A stretch of DNA of 64,000 nucleotides from Eledone cirrhosa (lineage: Eukaryota): NCBI GenBank assembly GCA_964016885.1, contig OZ024747.1:40610001-40674000 (forward strand). The letters are read 5' to 3'. A model generated the notes under the pieces. The model ran no database searches and was not told where the DNA came from. It was given only the letters and a program-made list of their open reading frames with translations. The translations under genes and the position numbers were made by a program. Position 1 is the first letter of the stretch; the number at the start of each line of letters is the position of its first letter. Of this stretch, positions 31,172 through 44,803 are shown piece by piece.

Positions 31172-31958
31172 CTACAAAGAAGAATAGATTTTCAGAAAAA
31201 AAACAGAGCAAATAAAATTAAGCTATTCTCCACCATATCTATACTAATAGCAACCATAATTATTATCCCAAATACATGTCAAATTACAACTGAAGTCCTT
31301 ATTATCATCTTCATCATGGTTAATACTTTAATCGTCATCATTGCAAAAAAAAAAATCTAACCTTTTTGAGAGCAACCCATCTATTTTATGATACAAAGCC
31401 CCTAGTTTTATTACACAAAACTGCCCATTTTCAATCTAAATTATACCTTCCATGATAATTTTATGTAAGAAGCTTTCTTAAGTTAAGTTCCAAATACTTG
31501 TTTAATAATAAAAAAGCTATTTCACTAAATCTTTCAAAATTCTTCATTATTTTCAAAATTAATTGAAGCATATGAACAATGTATTTCATTAGAAATATGC
31601 TAAGTAAATGGTTTACATCATTACAACAATATCAGTGATGTAAATGTTTATATTCATTTGCATTGTACTCTATATATCTACTGTGTCTGCTGTAGCATCA
31701 GCAATTATTATGAAATAAAACAATTAGATTAATAGCAGACATATTTCTGTTTAGATCAATTTGAGCCTGATTAAAGTTTCAATACCTTCTGCAAATAAAA
31801 ATGACTTTCAAGATAATAAGTGATTTCTTTTAATATTCCTTTAGAAAAAGAAGGGCAATGCCTATATCCATTTCCGGGCCTCTCAGACTAGTAGGAATGA
31901 CAGATGAGCTTATTCTCAAGCCAGAGACACAGCCTGAATGTTATGAAATTATTCTTAC

Positions 31959-32120
31959 CTGTAACATCTCAAGCATATCATCAATCCTTTGCACAAATGT
32001 ATTCAATATTCCAGTTTCAGAGCAATCAATAACATGAAAATTGGTTTCAGACCCAATATTAGTGTCATTAATTGTCTTTTCAGTTATTCGCAGGAAGCCA
32101 CAACATATTCCAGTCAGAGC
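31959..32120 (-). CDS. DNAH5-like exon (ALTGICCGFLRITEKTINDTNIGSETNFHVIDCSETGILNTFVQRIDDMLEMLQ)
   Basis: tag acceptor, gtaag donor, 162 bp; resembles DNAH5 ALTGVCVFFIR...GLLN. Confidence 0.9.
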
Positions 32121-32161
32121 CTAATAATTAAGAAGAAAAATACATTTTAATGGTAACTAGG

Positions 32162-32195
<34 letters not shown>

Positions 32196-32300
32196 TCGCG
32201 AGATTTTTGATATGAAATCGTGTGTCCAAACAAATATTGTTATACTTGGGGAGACTAACTAAAGATGGCGTAAACATACAATACAATGGGAGGAAACATA

Positions 32301-32354
32301 ATAGCACCACTGACGATGTTGCAGATGTGCAACGAAAGAACTTTGGTAGACTAT
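32301..32354 (+). ncRNA. Hammerhead motif (family B), best-paired copy, in a solo pLTR module (32193-32908)
   Basis: atag-c-acca-CTGACGA-t-gttgca-gatg-tgcaac-GAAA-gaac-TT-tggt-aga-ctat. Confidence 0.72.
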
Positions 32355-35300
32355 ATATATGTGTTTGTGTCTATATTGTATCTGTATTTGTTACCGTTGG
32401 TCAGTCAATGGTAACATTGAGGACCGAATAAATTAAATTAACCAATATAAAAGACACAGAAGCGAAAACCAACCAATCAGTGAGTGTGTTCTGTTATTAA
32501 TTCTGGCAATATTCATTTCATTCATTTCATTCATTTTATTCATTTCATTTCACGCCCGTTTTTTACCTGCTTGCAAAGGTAGGATGGGAACTGATTCTGG
32601 CTTGATTTCTACAGCTGGATGCCCTTCCTAACACCAACCTCATTTACAGTGAGTGCTGGGTGCTTTTTTGCCATGGCACCTCCACGACCACTTTGCAGTG
32701 GAATGATAGGGACCCCTGTCCCTATCATCTCGTTTCTACATCTGAGTAAACTGGAGCAATGTGAAATAAAGTGTCTTGCTCAAGGAAACAACACATCACC
32801 CGGTCTGAGAATTGAACTCACAACCTTTCGATTGCAAGGCCAATGCTCTAACCACTAAGCCATGTGCAATATTATTACACAAATATGACCCTCCCCAAGT
32901 ATAACAATCATCATCATCATCATCATCATCATTGTTTAATGTCCCTCTTCCATGCTAGCACGGGTTAGACGGTTTTGTTCTATTTGATGTGGGAATGGTC
33001 AGGAGACCATGTTTCGTTCACATGGAAGCGTCTCTGGCAGGTTTTTTTACAGCTGGATGCCCTTCCTAACACCAACAACATTTACAGTGTGCATATACAT
33101 ATATATATATATATATATATGCAAAAAGTAAACAGAAATAATAAAGAAAATGACACAGTACAATAAATAAATATATTAGTTTAATGTTTGATATAGGAAA
33201 AGAGCCTTAACGTTTTGGAAACTAGTATTTCATTGTTACTCAGCACCAATATTGAGACTTCTCACCATTAAATATTTTTTTATTTATAAATCTATAAGTT
33301 AACAACACCAACATTCAATTTACTATGTATGTATTTACAGTTTATTTAACTCCTGTATTAAAATTGGTTTCATAGATATATAAACATGTCTAAGACATAG
33401 ACATACTGGTATACATCTATAAAAACAAATGTTAAGACAGAGTCAAACAGTTAATACATATATTTAATTTCACTGAATAAGGATGCCTTTCTATCATCAT
33501 AGTTTGTTTCTTCAAACTACTAGACTTTAGAACTCTCTTCCTTTTTATTGTTTTCCTCCTCCTTATGACCTGAACTCTTTCAGGTCTAAAGTAAGTTCAT
33601 TCCTTTCATCTTAATTTCACATTCTTCACATTCCCTTACACTAAGTGGTCTCATGCCTTCTTTGGGACTTTCAAGAAAAAAAGAGATCATATAACATTTA
33701 TTCCAGTTTATGAACATAATTTAAGGAAAGGACTATGTCATCAGCAAAACATAAATGACTTCAAAATATATAATTCATGCTTATTCCCTTTTCATCCCAG
33801 TTAATCTTTCTAGCAAAGCCTTCCACTGCAGCATTAAAGATTTCGTGCAATATAATATTCCAATGTCTTACTCTTATTTCAGCATTGATATATTTGCTTT
33901 TAGTGTGAAGACATAGAGATGTTCCCTGGTTACAGATTTTCTTAAATATTTGAACATAAGTTTGATATATTCCTTTATCAATAAGAACTTCAAGCTCAGC
34001 TGGGATTTCAATGCTTTCTCATAATCAAAATAAAACCTAAGCACAATAGGTGTCTATATTATCCATGTTCCTGAATAACTTGGTTCATGACCTGTAAATG
34101 GTCAGAACAAAGCCATATATAAATAAATGTACAGGTTCTTCCAATGAATATCAAATAGGAATGTAAAATAGATTTTGAAATGTTGAATGATGAACTGGAA
34201 AACGAAAATGTTGAAAGTGTGAAAATGTGTTTAACAGTATCAGAGACATTTTGATCATTGTAGCAAGGAGAAAGAAACACTAAAGAAGAAAATATGCCTG
34301 AAACATTCATGTTGATTAAGAAAAGGAAGGAAATAAAAATGAGGACAGTATCTAGATGTTGTGCAATAAAATTAGGAAAGAGGCAAAAACAAATACATTT
34401 TAAGCAGAAAGGTGCATGTAGGATTCAGATGAATAACAGCTTTGAAACAGCTAAAAGAAATCTTGTTTTAAGGAAATCACAAATTATTTCTTTGAAATCT
34501 AGTGATGGATAAGTTATAAATGGTATAGAAGAGAACATTTATCAAATAAAAGAATTGTATCATGATTCATACACAAGCAAGAAAGATTTAAAGGTTCCAG
34601 AAACCAAAATAATTTTATAAAGATGAAGTACCCAGTATCAAGTGATTGGGCAGGCACAGAAATATAGAAATCAGAAAAAAACACCAGATGAATGTAATAA
34701 GCATATTGAGTTCCTCAATTTTTTGTAGGTGATATGACATAATACAAAAGATCTACCTATCAATATAATCACTGCAATACTAAAGTAGATATAGCAAGAG
34801 ACTGGAAACTAAATGAGACTGGAAACTAAATGAAACTCTTCAAGTTTGCAGGTGATAATCATCATCATTGTCATCATCATATAATGTCCACTTTCCCTGC
34901 TAGCAAGGACTGGATGGGTCTACATAGACCAAATTAGAACTGAAGTGTGGCTACTCTCCTCCCAAACAGGCCAAGAGGTCTGCATCCTACTTACGTACGA
35001 TTATATTGAAAGACAAAGTGTCTTGTTGAAGGACACTATGTGCCTCCTGGAATCAAACTCTAACCTTAATATCATCAGCCAAATAGCCTAACCAGTAATA
35101 TATACACTTTCACATATACACACAGGCATTAAATGATGATTAGGGTGATACACAATTTACATACGTGCTATAAATATAGCATCTTGATAGAAACAATATG
35201 GGAATTAAAATCTGACCATGTAGAAATGTTTAAAGGAATTAATCCATGAGCTCGGCTGGTCTTGCTTAGGGATCCAGCTGGATCAATTAGAGATGGTTAC

Positions 35301-35945
35301 TTCTAACAGGATCCACTGGAAGGAGTGTTTGCAGACTCTGCCCCCATGACTCTCTCAGGAATAAGTGGAAGAAGACGAAGAAGTATAGAAAATATCAAAT
35401 TTGCAGGGGTGGGTGATACTTTTCCAAGCACTGTAGGTTTACAGGAATGCCTATCTTCAGACATTTATATAGTAAGGTATTCTATGAATTATGTGTGTAT
35501 GTATTTGAGTATGTGTGTTTGCATATGTAGAAATATGAAGTATTTTATCGACCCCGTAAGGATGAAAGGCAAAGTTAACCTCGGCAGGATTTGAACTCAG
35601 AATGACAAGGGCTGTAACTCTATGCATCAAAGCATGGCGTCCGACCCTCTACCAATACTGCCAATCCAGTACCCTAATTATTTTATAATGTATAGAATTT
35701 CTTGTAATGTTCTTTTTTTGTTATGTATAATGTTTTTGAATGTAAAAAGCAAATTAATTGTCGCAGGTATGCTACCACTTAAAATAAAATTTCACCGGAG
35801 ATAGATCAGCAAAATTTAATAAGCTGGTGGGGTTGGAAAAATCTGAAAAATTATAAGTGGTGGTGGTGGTGGTGGGGGGGGGGGGGGATTATTCGAGGTG
35901 CAAGATTATATTGTGAGATAAATCATAGCATAAATTTAGCAAAAC

Positions 35946-36005
35946 CTCATCATTTCCTGTCGTTATAGATAACTTTTTTTCTATCTGAGTAGCACCAGCT
36001 TCTAT
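35946..36005 (-). CDS. DNAH5-like exon (IEAGATQIEKKLSITTGNDE)
   Basis: tttttcag acceptor, gt donor, 60 bp; resembles DNAH5 KPKVFVTEGNDV and joins directly to ALTG of the next exon. Confidence 0.8.
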
Positions 36006-37346
36006 CTGAAAAACAAAAAAATAATGTGTTAGTATATTTAATATCATCTATGTGTGTGTGTATATATATATATGCGTGTGTGTGTGTGTGTGTGTGGAAA
36101 GTATTTCAATATAGTTACACTTTTCAAACATACATTTCTAATAATATTTCAAGTCTATTTCTCTCTACTGCATTTCTTTTCATCTCCCCTGAGTCTACAC
36201 AAATAGATAAATATATGCATACTTATCTTATATTGAAATAAATGTTTTCATTATTTTTTCCTGTCCAGAATTTTGTCTGTTTTTACAGAATATATACAGA
36301 AACATAACTATCATCTGAAATTGGGTCACATGATTTAACAGACTACAACAAATTTCTTTAGTGTTGGTGCTATGATGCAATGTATTTAGCACATTCTGTC
36401 ATTGCTGATAGGAAGGGCTTCCAGTCATAGAAACTTTTCCAAACAAAGTGACAAGGACACAACAAGCTCTTTAGTGTTAATGCCATCATGATAAAAAGTA
36501 CCCAGTATACACTGCAGAGTATGGGGACATAAGAAGATCAGTGGCTGTGGCTAGTTACTGAATTGGTCTATATAAAACATTTTAAGAAATTTAGCATGTA
36601 ATAACTACATATACATATGTTTAGATATAGAAACATATACACATGTATACACATGTACACAATTCAAACATACAGAACCACACATGCAGGAACATTGATA
36701 CCTGCACACACAAACATAACACAGACATATTTACCTAGTTAATGTTGTCTAAATTCCAATGAAAGAATCTCATTTCTATATTAAAAACTGACTCTCTCTC
36801 TCTATTGGAGAAAATTTATAAAATAATTGTTTCTACTTTTGGCACAAGGCCAGCAATTAATCCAGTGTATTACTGGTACTTTATTTTATCGACCCCCGTA
36901 AGGATGAAAGCCAAAGTTAACCTCGGTGGGATTTGAACTCAGAACATAAAGGGCCGTAACTCTTTGCTGCAAAGCATGGCATCAGACTCTCTACTGATAC
37001 TGCCAATCCACCACCGTTAAAATTTATAAAATAACAAAACCAAAAGAACATACATATATTTGTAGAGACAAATAATAAGAAATGTATGTGAAACATTTGG
37101 ATATAATAAACAAATGATGTGTGTTTCATTTTATCAGATAAATGTTCATTTTATATCTAGCAATTAGGCAGCAAACTGGAATTTATGGTTGTTTATTACA
37201 ATAAATGATGTTATTTCACTGAAATTTTCTTATACCCTCTTAACACATCTTATGTAATATCTGTATGTGTTGGGGGTGGAGGTTATTTCCTGCATTTCCG
37301 TCATTCTTGCAGTTGAAATTCTCATATATCTTCTGCATTGTCTCAG

Positions 37347-37377
<31 letters not shown>

Positions 37378-37563
37378 TCTCATTCTCGTCCCTCTCTTTC
37401 TCTTCCTGTCATTTTCTCTCATTCTCATTCACCCTCTTACACACTCACACAAATAATCCCTTTGTTGCTTTCATCCCACTCTTTCTTTGCTGCTCAGCAT
37501 ATATACATCATCATCATCATCATCATCATTTTACGTCTGCTTTTCCCTGCTTGCAAGGATATA

Positions 37564-37620
<57 letters not shown>

Positions 37621-38829
37621 TTATATATATATACCCAACCCTGTAATGTAACAGGATAAAAGGTCACCTAGACTTTATGACAAAAGTGCCCAGTCCACAA
37701 TGTAAAGAGGCCATTTTGGAGCTGAAACAAAAGTGCCAAATCCACACTATAAAGTGGTTGTGTTGGTAACACAATAAAAAGCACACAATGCACATTGTAA
37801 GGTGGTCATTTTGGAGCCGTTACACAGCAAAAAGCTCCCAGTCCACTCTGTAACGTGGTTGTACTGGTTCCATGATAAAAAGCAGCATCCACACTGTAAA
37901 TATATTTGGTGTGAGGAAGGGCATCCAGCCACAGAATCCAAGAACAACAACAGCCCTGTATGAGCAAGACATGGTCATCTGATCTGACATGTCTCACAAT
38001 GGGACAACTTGTCTAACCCATGCTAGCATGGGAAAATGGACATTAAATGATGATGATGATATGTATATATATATATATATATATATCTGGCATGAGTTGG
38101 ATAGTTCACCTTAGTCTGAGTTTTGAATGGTCAGCAGAGTATGTCTTCCTTACGCATCCTATATTTAGCTCAATTTCTGTGGATAAACTCCCTCACTTTA
38201 AAAGCTAATCCAGGAAAATGAAACTCAATACTGCCTACTAATTAAGTAATACATCAATTTTATAGTACCACTGTCTACAGCTAAATACATCAGTTTTACT
38301 GTACTGTTGTTGTAGCCCTTAAAATGTGTTGCTCTGCCCAGCAACACTTACTGACACTCATATTGAATCAATAATTAGCAACAAAAATGTTTTAACCACA
38401 CATATGAAAGTCTGTCTTGAGCTTGAGGGCTCATCAGGCTGGTGCTTATCCCGGTTTCCTGGTCATAAAATGACTGAGAGTACAAGACTGACCACTGGAC
38501 AGGATGCCAGTCCATTGCAGGGTTAAATCCCAAGCTAATACTGCTACTCATTTTCAGCTAATTATACTGGAACAATATGAAATTAAGTGTTTTGCTGAAG
38601 AACACAACACACAACCTAGTCCAGGAATCAAACATCCAATATTATGATCATAAGTCTGACACATTTACCACTTGGGCGAAATAGATTAGTGACTGTCAAT
38701 TGTTCAATATCCAATATCCTATCAATATAGCCATCTATAATTTTCCAAGTATTAAAACATGAGGGCTTTAATTGTATTAACTAGAATTTATTAGGCATTA
38801 TTGAGGAAAAATCAATATTAATCATGATT

Positions 38830-39400
38830 ACTTTGAGGAAAGTCAGTACAATGAAAATTAGAAATACAGGAGTGCAAGAATTGTAAGAGCTAGTGCAGTA
38901 ATGCACCAGCTTCAGCATACAAGTATCAGAAGAAGGGAGGTAGGTGCAAAAGCCAACCTCACTATCTACAATTTGGTATTCATGCCAACCCTTACCTATG
39001 GTCATGAATCTTGGGTAATGACCGAAATAATATGATCACAAAATCAAATGACAGAAGGGTCTTTAGAGTAATGTTACTCGATAGAGTGCCTAGCTTGGAG
39101 ATCAGTGAGTTATTCCATGTAGAGCAGGTACTTCTTCAAATTGAGAGATCACAGCTCTGATTTTATGGGCATGTGGTTCGAATGTCCCATGAAAGAATAA
39201 CTGAACAGATTTTTCAGGCAAAGCCAGTTGGTAGGAGATCCAAGATGATTGAACAATACCCATGGGCTTGACTGATTTTACTTGGGGATCCAATGAGATT
39301 AGTTGGAGGTGGTAGCCTCTGACAGGACCCACTAGAAGGAGTGGTTGAAGACTCTTCCCCATATCCCTCTCAGGAATGAGAGGAAGAAGAAAAATAAGAA
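38830..39400 (+). mobile_element. Degenerate RTE-like LINE 3' fragment
   Basis: Reads PTLTYGHESWVMT and IERSQL*FYGHVVRM. Confidence 0.65.
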
Positions 39401-39749
39401 AAATGGAGTAGAGTAAAGTAAGGAAAACAAAATAAAACAATTTAAACTGTAGCCATATATTTCATGATGTTTCGAGTTTATGACCCCTTTTTCAAAAGAA
39501 AAGAAATGGAATCTGTTGTTTAAAAATAGATCCTAACATTGAAATACCATGAGATATAAGGTAAAGGTTCAAACTGTTGTTTTATTTTGTTTTTCCTACT
39601 TTAATCTACCCTAATTTTCACTCCAGAATGTCTAATTTGCATTATAATAATCTTCCTCAAAACAAACAAAATAACATATCTCACAATGCTTTGTCAATAT
39701 TATTCCATTGTGATAAATTAGGATATTGTTGGAGATAAGTGTATCTGAA

Positions 39750-41524
39750 ATGATGCTGGTGCACTTAGTGTCACTGATGCTCAGAAAAAGGAGGCCTGGA
39801 AATGTCATTATGAGAGACTGATGAATGTTGAGAATGAATGGGAGAGAGAGAAACTACCCACAACAGACCCAACAGAGGGACCAGCTACTGAGATTGACGA
39901 CTATAGGGTAAGAAGCGATTAAGGAAATGAAAAGTGGTAAGGCCACTGGACCATCAGGGATAATTGCTGAGATGCTGAAGGCATCAGGAGTAGTAGGAAC
40001 TAAACTGGTTGACACATAGTTATATATGGCAGTCATACACAAAGACTGGTGCAGCAGTATTCTTGTTAATATTTACAAAGGTAAAATGGTTGCTCTGAAG
40101 AGGAGCAATTATAGAGGCATAAAACTGATGGATCAGGTTATAAAAGACAGTGTTAGCACAACTAATTAGAAAAAGAGTCAAATTAGATGAGATGCAGTTT
40201 GGTTTTGTGCCTGGGAAAAGTACAATAGATGCCCTCTTCTTAGTGAGACAACTAGAAGAGAGGTTCTTAGAGAAGAATAAGCCACTATATTTTGCTTTTG
40301 TTGACCTAGAGAAGGCCTTTGGTAGAGTACTCCGATCTGTCATCTAGTGGTCCCTAAGTGAATTTGGTATTGAGGAATGGCTTGTGAAGACAGTGCAAGC
40401 TATGTACAGAAGAGCTGTCAGTAAAGTGAGAGTAGGAATGGAGTTTAGTGAGGAATTCCAGATACAAGTAGGAGTTCATCAAGGTTCGGTCCTCAGGCCA
40501 CTCTTATTCATTATAGTTCTCCAAGCCATAACAGAGGAGTTTAAGACTGGCTGCCCATGGGAACTTCTCTATGCTATGATCTGGTACTTATAGCAGAATC
40601 AGTAGAGGAGATAGAGAATAAATTCTGGCTTTGGAAACAGCAATTGGAATCAAGAGGAGTGAGAGTGAACCTAGGTAAGATTAAAGTGTTGATAAGTAGA
40701 AAAGAGGACAAAACTCTGATTCCATCAGGGAAATGGCCATGTTCGATATGTAGAAAAGGAGTAAACAAGAGGTGTAGTGGGATAGCAGGCAAACTAACAG
40801 GAAGGGAAAACTTCATATGTAGTAGAAGTTCAGGGAAAATTGTAGGAGAAGTGTCAGTGATAGACACATTTTTCAAATGCAGGTAGGATCTATAGAGGTG
40901 GTTGATAGCTTCCGATATCTAGGTGATCAGATTAGCATGGGAGGAGGATGCTCCAAGGTGATAGTATCTAGAATAAGGACAGGATGGAAGTAGTTTAGGG
41001 AGCTGCTTCCTCTGTTGACAACGAATTGTTTCTCCCTACGAACGAAAGGTCAGTTATATGATGCCTGTGTGAGATGCGTGATGCTGCATGGTAGTGAGAG
41101 ATGGGAAGCAATTGCAGACGATATATGACAGCTGGAAAGAAACGAAGCTAGTTTGCTCCAATGGATGTACAATGTCAATGTTCGTGAACGACCAAGCACA
41201 AACAAGTTGAGAGAGAAACTGTGTATAAGAGGGGTCAACTGTAGTGTGCAGAAGAGAAGATTACTTTGGTATGGACATATGATGCGCAGAGTAGATGACC
41301 ACTGGGTGAAGCAATGCCAACCAATCCAAGTGGAAGGAAGACACAGTAGAGGAAGACCATGAAAAACATTGGAGGAGGTGGTGAGAGCTGACCTCAGATC
41401 GCTGAAGCTCACAGAGAAGGTGACAAAGGAGCATAACGAATGGAGAGATGCTGTGCTGAAGAGGATCTGTCCCACCCTTGCAAGCAGGGAAAAGCAGACG
41501 TAAAATGAGGATAATGATGATGAT
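39750..41524 (+). mobile_element. 5'-truncated RTE-type LINE (RT and 3' tail)
   Basis: QFGFVPGKSTIDA, AFVDLEKAF, GVHQGSVL, LLYA-DL, RLLWYGHMMR, RGRP; ends in caagcagggaaaagcagacgtaaaa(tga)n. Confidence 0.92.
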
Positions 41525-42229
41525 ATTAAATCCTTTTAATTCTTTTTGTAAGTGCAGTAGATAACTTTGAACTTGTTCCTGCCTTGTTATGACCTCAACA
41601 ATAAAGCATAGACTGCACTATACTTGTTGATGTGGTGATGAGTACATCCATCTGTCACCGTCATCATCACTACCATACCTCCACCACCATCAGCAGCAGC
41701 AAGTCAGGTCAAGTGACTGTGTCTTACTCATACAGAACTTTTTCTGGCTTGGTTTCTACAGCTGGATGCCTTTCTTAATGCCAACCATATTTACAATGTA
41801 GACTGGGTACCTTTTATTGTGGCACATACATGACCACTTTACAGTGTCGATTGGGTGCTTTTTTTTGTCGTGCTACCAACACAACCACTTCACAGTGTGG
41901 ATGGAGCATTTTTTGTCATGACGCCTACATGACCACTTTACAGTGTGGGCTGCTTTTTTACTGGGGTGGGTGGGTGGGTGTAAATGTGTGGGTGAAGTAA
42001 TGAGGACTTGGGCGGAGTGTTAGAGTATGGGAAGTGTATGGAATGGGGGAGGGAGGATAGGGTTAATTGGTGCATACTAGATCTATGCTCCAACCTGTGC
42101 ACATAGGAAGGCAGGTCTTCTTATGTATTATATAATTTTTAAAATCCTCAAATTATGGAAGTTATAAAGTATGAATATTCCATTTGATATTGACAATAAT
42201 ATCTATTTCATCTTTTCGTTTGAACTTAC

Positions 42230-42304
42230 TTTTTTTGAATCTTGGTAAAAGAAGAGCAGCTTTTTGCTACCTTTGCCATCAAGAAAACTTTTTATCATAT
42301 GGAA
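42230..42304 (-). CDS. DNAH5-like exon (FHMIKSFLDGKGSKKLLFFYQDSKK)
   Basis: cttttccag acceptor, gtaagt donor, 75 bp; LLFFYQD resembles DNAH5 LMFYYQD. Confidence 0.85.
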
Positions 42305-43002
42305 CTGGAAAAGAATTAAAAAAATAATGTTATATTTTGAAGTGAAAACCAGAAAAATCTCTGGCAATGCATAAATATGTATGTGTAATCATGTGTTTGT
42401 GTGTTGTGTGTATATATGTGTATATACATGTATCTATAATAAGTGGCCATCATTTACATCTAACACCATTGTTCTGCAACAAGCCAATACATCCAACATA
42501 GAAAAACTAAGAATGTTAAGGGACATAATTTTATATCTCTTATATAATTGCTTAAATGTGATAGTATTCTAAATTCAATTGTTGAATATCTACAGTTTAC
42601 TTTCCTGTTTTTATTATATTTTATAAAATGAAAATCTAACATTCCTTTTTAAGTTGACCTTTAATATTTCATTGAAGTCACCTGCTACCACAGCATAGAT
42701 AGAAAGAATTAGAAGAAATATCTGTGGATGTTTTTCTTACAAGCGTTATTAATATTTCTATATTTCTATAGATTCTGGTATAGATAATAAAGCAGTTATT
42801 ATTTTTGAAGTCAAGGAAATTAATATTCTTTAAAATGGTTGATTTATCAACTATATCTTGGTTCAGTTTAGCTGTTAATTTATAGAAATAGTTAAAAATG
42901 ATAAATACAAGTTTGAACATAAATCCTAAAACTTATTTTAACAGATTGTGCTACTGAAAATGTATATATTCATACACTTTTTCAACTTTTTCAAATGAAT
43001 TA

Positions 43003-43548
43003 CCATATATACTCGAATATAAGTTGATCCTTTATTTTATGTCCAAGAAATAGGCACAAATCCAGACCCAGTTTATAAGCCAAGGCAGGTAATCAACACA
43101 TAATGTTTAGATGGTGCAGTTTTGAAATTCTCATGAGTATAGAATATATTTATGAAGTATAAATATTTTGATATTTTAAATGTTTCAAGTGTTGTTTAGA
43201 GTATAGTTTTTGTTTCACAACTCCATTACATACTGAATTTTTACCAATTTCTGACTGTTTTAAAGGCCATAATCATTCAAAATATTTAAAAAAAACAATA
43301 GGAAATACGAATTTCACATCAGAAATAAAGCTGGTCTAATATTCACTTCCTAAGTGAAACCGGTGTAATATTCACCTCCAAAACGAAAATATTTTAGTAT
43401 CTCATTTATGAAGAATTTCGAAGTTTATGAAAATCGGCAAAATATTGACCATGAATCTAAGCTGACATCCCAGCTGACCATCCCATCCCCATTTTTATCA
43501 TATACTTTTTTGTCACATACTTTTTGCTTTATATATAGGCATATACTG
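43003..43548. mobile_element. Old Tc1/mariner (Tc2-like) MITE
   Basis: ta|ccatatatactcgaatataag ... tttatatataggcatatactg|ta; degenerate TIRs with TA flanks. Confidence 0.5.
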
Positions 43549-43619
43549 TAACTGAAATGTGCTTTTGACAAACCTGGTGCTAATGTAACCATATTAATGC
43601 ATAACTAATAAAGATTGCT

Positions 43620-44125
43620 CAGTCTGTCAGCAAACATAATTAGTTATTGACCAGGTTTGGTTATTGATTGAACTCAGTTGCTGAAAAAATTAGATTGCCA
43701 GGCAGAGTAATTTATGGATCATACCAAGTGGTTGGGAAGACCTGGTTGCTGAGCAGATGAGATTTCCCAGCAGACTCAGTAGTTAAGCAGACTAAATTGT
43801 TAAGCAGACTAAGTAGCTGAGAAGATTAGGTTGCTGAACATATGTGATTGTCAATCAGACTAAGTTGCCTAGCTGACTAAGTTGAAAATTGTCTATTGTC
43901 AAGTTGATTGGGTTGTTAAGCAGACTAAATTAACAGCAACCCAAGTTACTGAACAGACTAGCATGCTGAGCGGACAAAATTTCCAGCAAACTAGGTCACT
44001 GAGCAGTCTAATTGCCAACAACTTAGGTTACTGAACAGCCAAGACTGCTGAGAAGACTAAATTGCCAACAAACTAGGTTGCTGAGTAGACTATATTGCCA
44101 GCAAACTAGGTTGCTGACCAGACTG
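43620..44125. repeat. Degenerate minisatellite with a unit of about 20 bp (consensus near gcagactaagttgctga)
   Basis: Recurrent cagacta..ttgctga units. Confidence 0.7.
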
Positions 44126-44310
44126 ATAATATACAGAGTCTGGTATAGATGGGATATGGTTAGCATCCAGGCTTTTATTCACTACACTCTGGCACCGAGG
44201 GAATTTGAGCCATGATTGGTGGTGGTGGGGTAGGTGGTTAATGTTTAATTTAGTGAAATTACAAATATATTGATTGTGTGTCTGGCATCTAAACTAAACA
44301 AATCAAATAC

Positions 44311-44373
44311 CTTTTCATCAGCAATGACAGAGTTCTCAATAAAGTCTTTATCCAAATTCAATACTTCTGATAT
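44311..44373 (-). CDS. DNAH5-like exon (ISEVLNLDKDFIENSVIADEK)
   Basis: Polypyrimidine plus cag acceptor, gt donor, 63 bp, phase 0; resembles DNAH5 VASCLDLNKTEVEDAILEG. Confidence 0.8.
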
Positions 44374-44594
44374 CTGAATAAAGTAAAATAAAAATGAAAA
44401 AAATAAATACACATTGATAAAATTTATCAATATCACCATCATCAGTTTTATGTGCACATTTTTAATAGGGTGGAATTTCTGTAAAACAAGTTTTGTGTAC
44501 TATAAAATGAAGACAAGTAAATTTTTTAAATAGAACAAAAATGACTATGTTAACCTTTTTGGTACCAACATGATTAAAAACACTTCTGGCTCTA

Positions 44595-44803
44595 TAGGGT
44601 GGCCACTGAAAGACTGAATGATATAAAACAAAAATAACTTTTATAAACACATTGTTTTTTATTTTTTTATTATTTTATTTGGAAATATAAGTAATGGAAT
44701 TGTTTCAGTATTATGTGTGAAAAACAAGGGATGCTCTATAACCTGCAAAAAAAAAAAAAACTATAAAAAAGATTGAAAACGAAGTTTTTCAGTGACCACC
44801 CTG
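44595..44803. mobile_element. Tc1/mariner-type MITE
   Basis: TIRs tagggtggccactgaaa / tttcagtgaccaccctg, TA on both sides. Confidence 0.7.

Noticed and set aside
33700-34750. Probable very old LINE remnants (also 28780-29270)
   Set aside because: Too degenerate to assign by eye.
42678-42920. Minus-strand ORF near dynein exons
   Set aside because: The flanking exons already join in frame with continuous homology.
43620-44125. Periodic repeats (also a 20-bp unit at 55215-55292) as CRISPR-like arrays
   Set aside because: Tandem minisatellites with no unique spacers, in eukaryotic DNA.
44245-44310. In-frame LDARH after the 44311 exon, resembling a DNAH5 N-terminal motif
   Set aside because: Out of order, beyond a splice donor and ending in a stop; the homologous segment is the 55167 exon. 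Probably chance.
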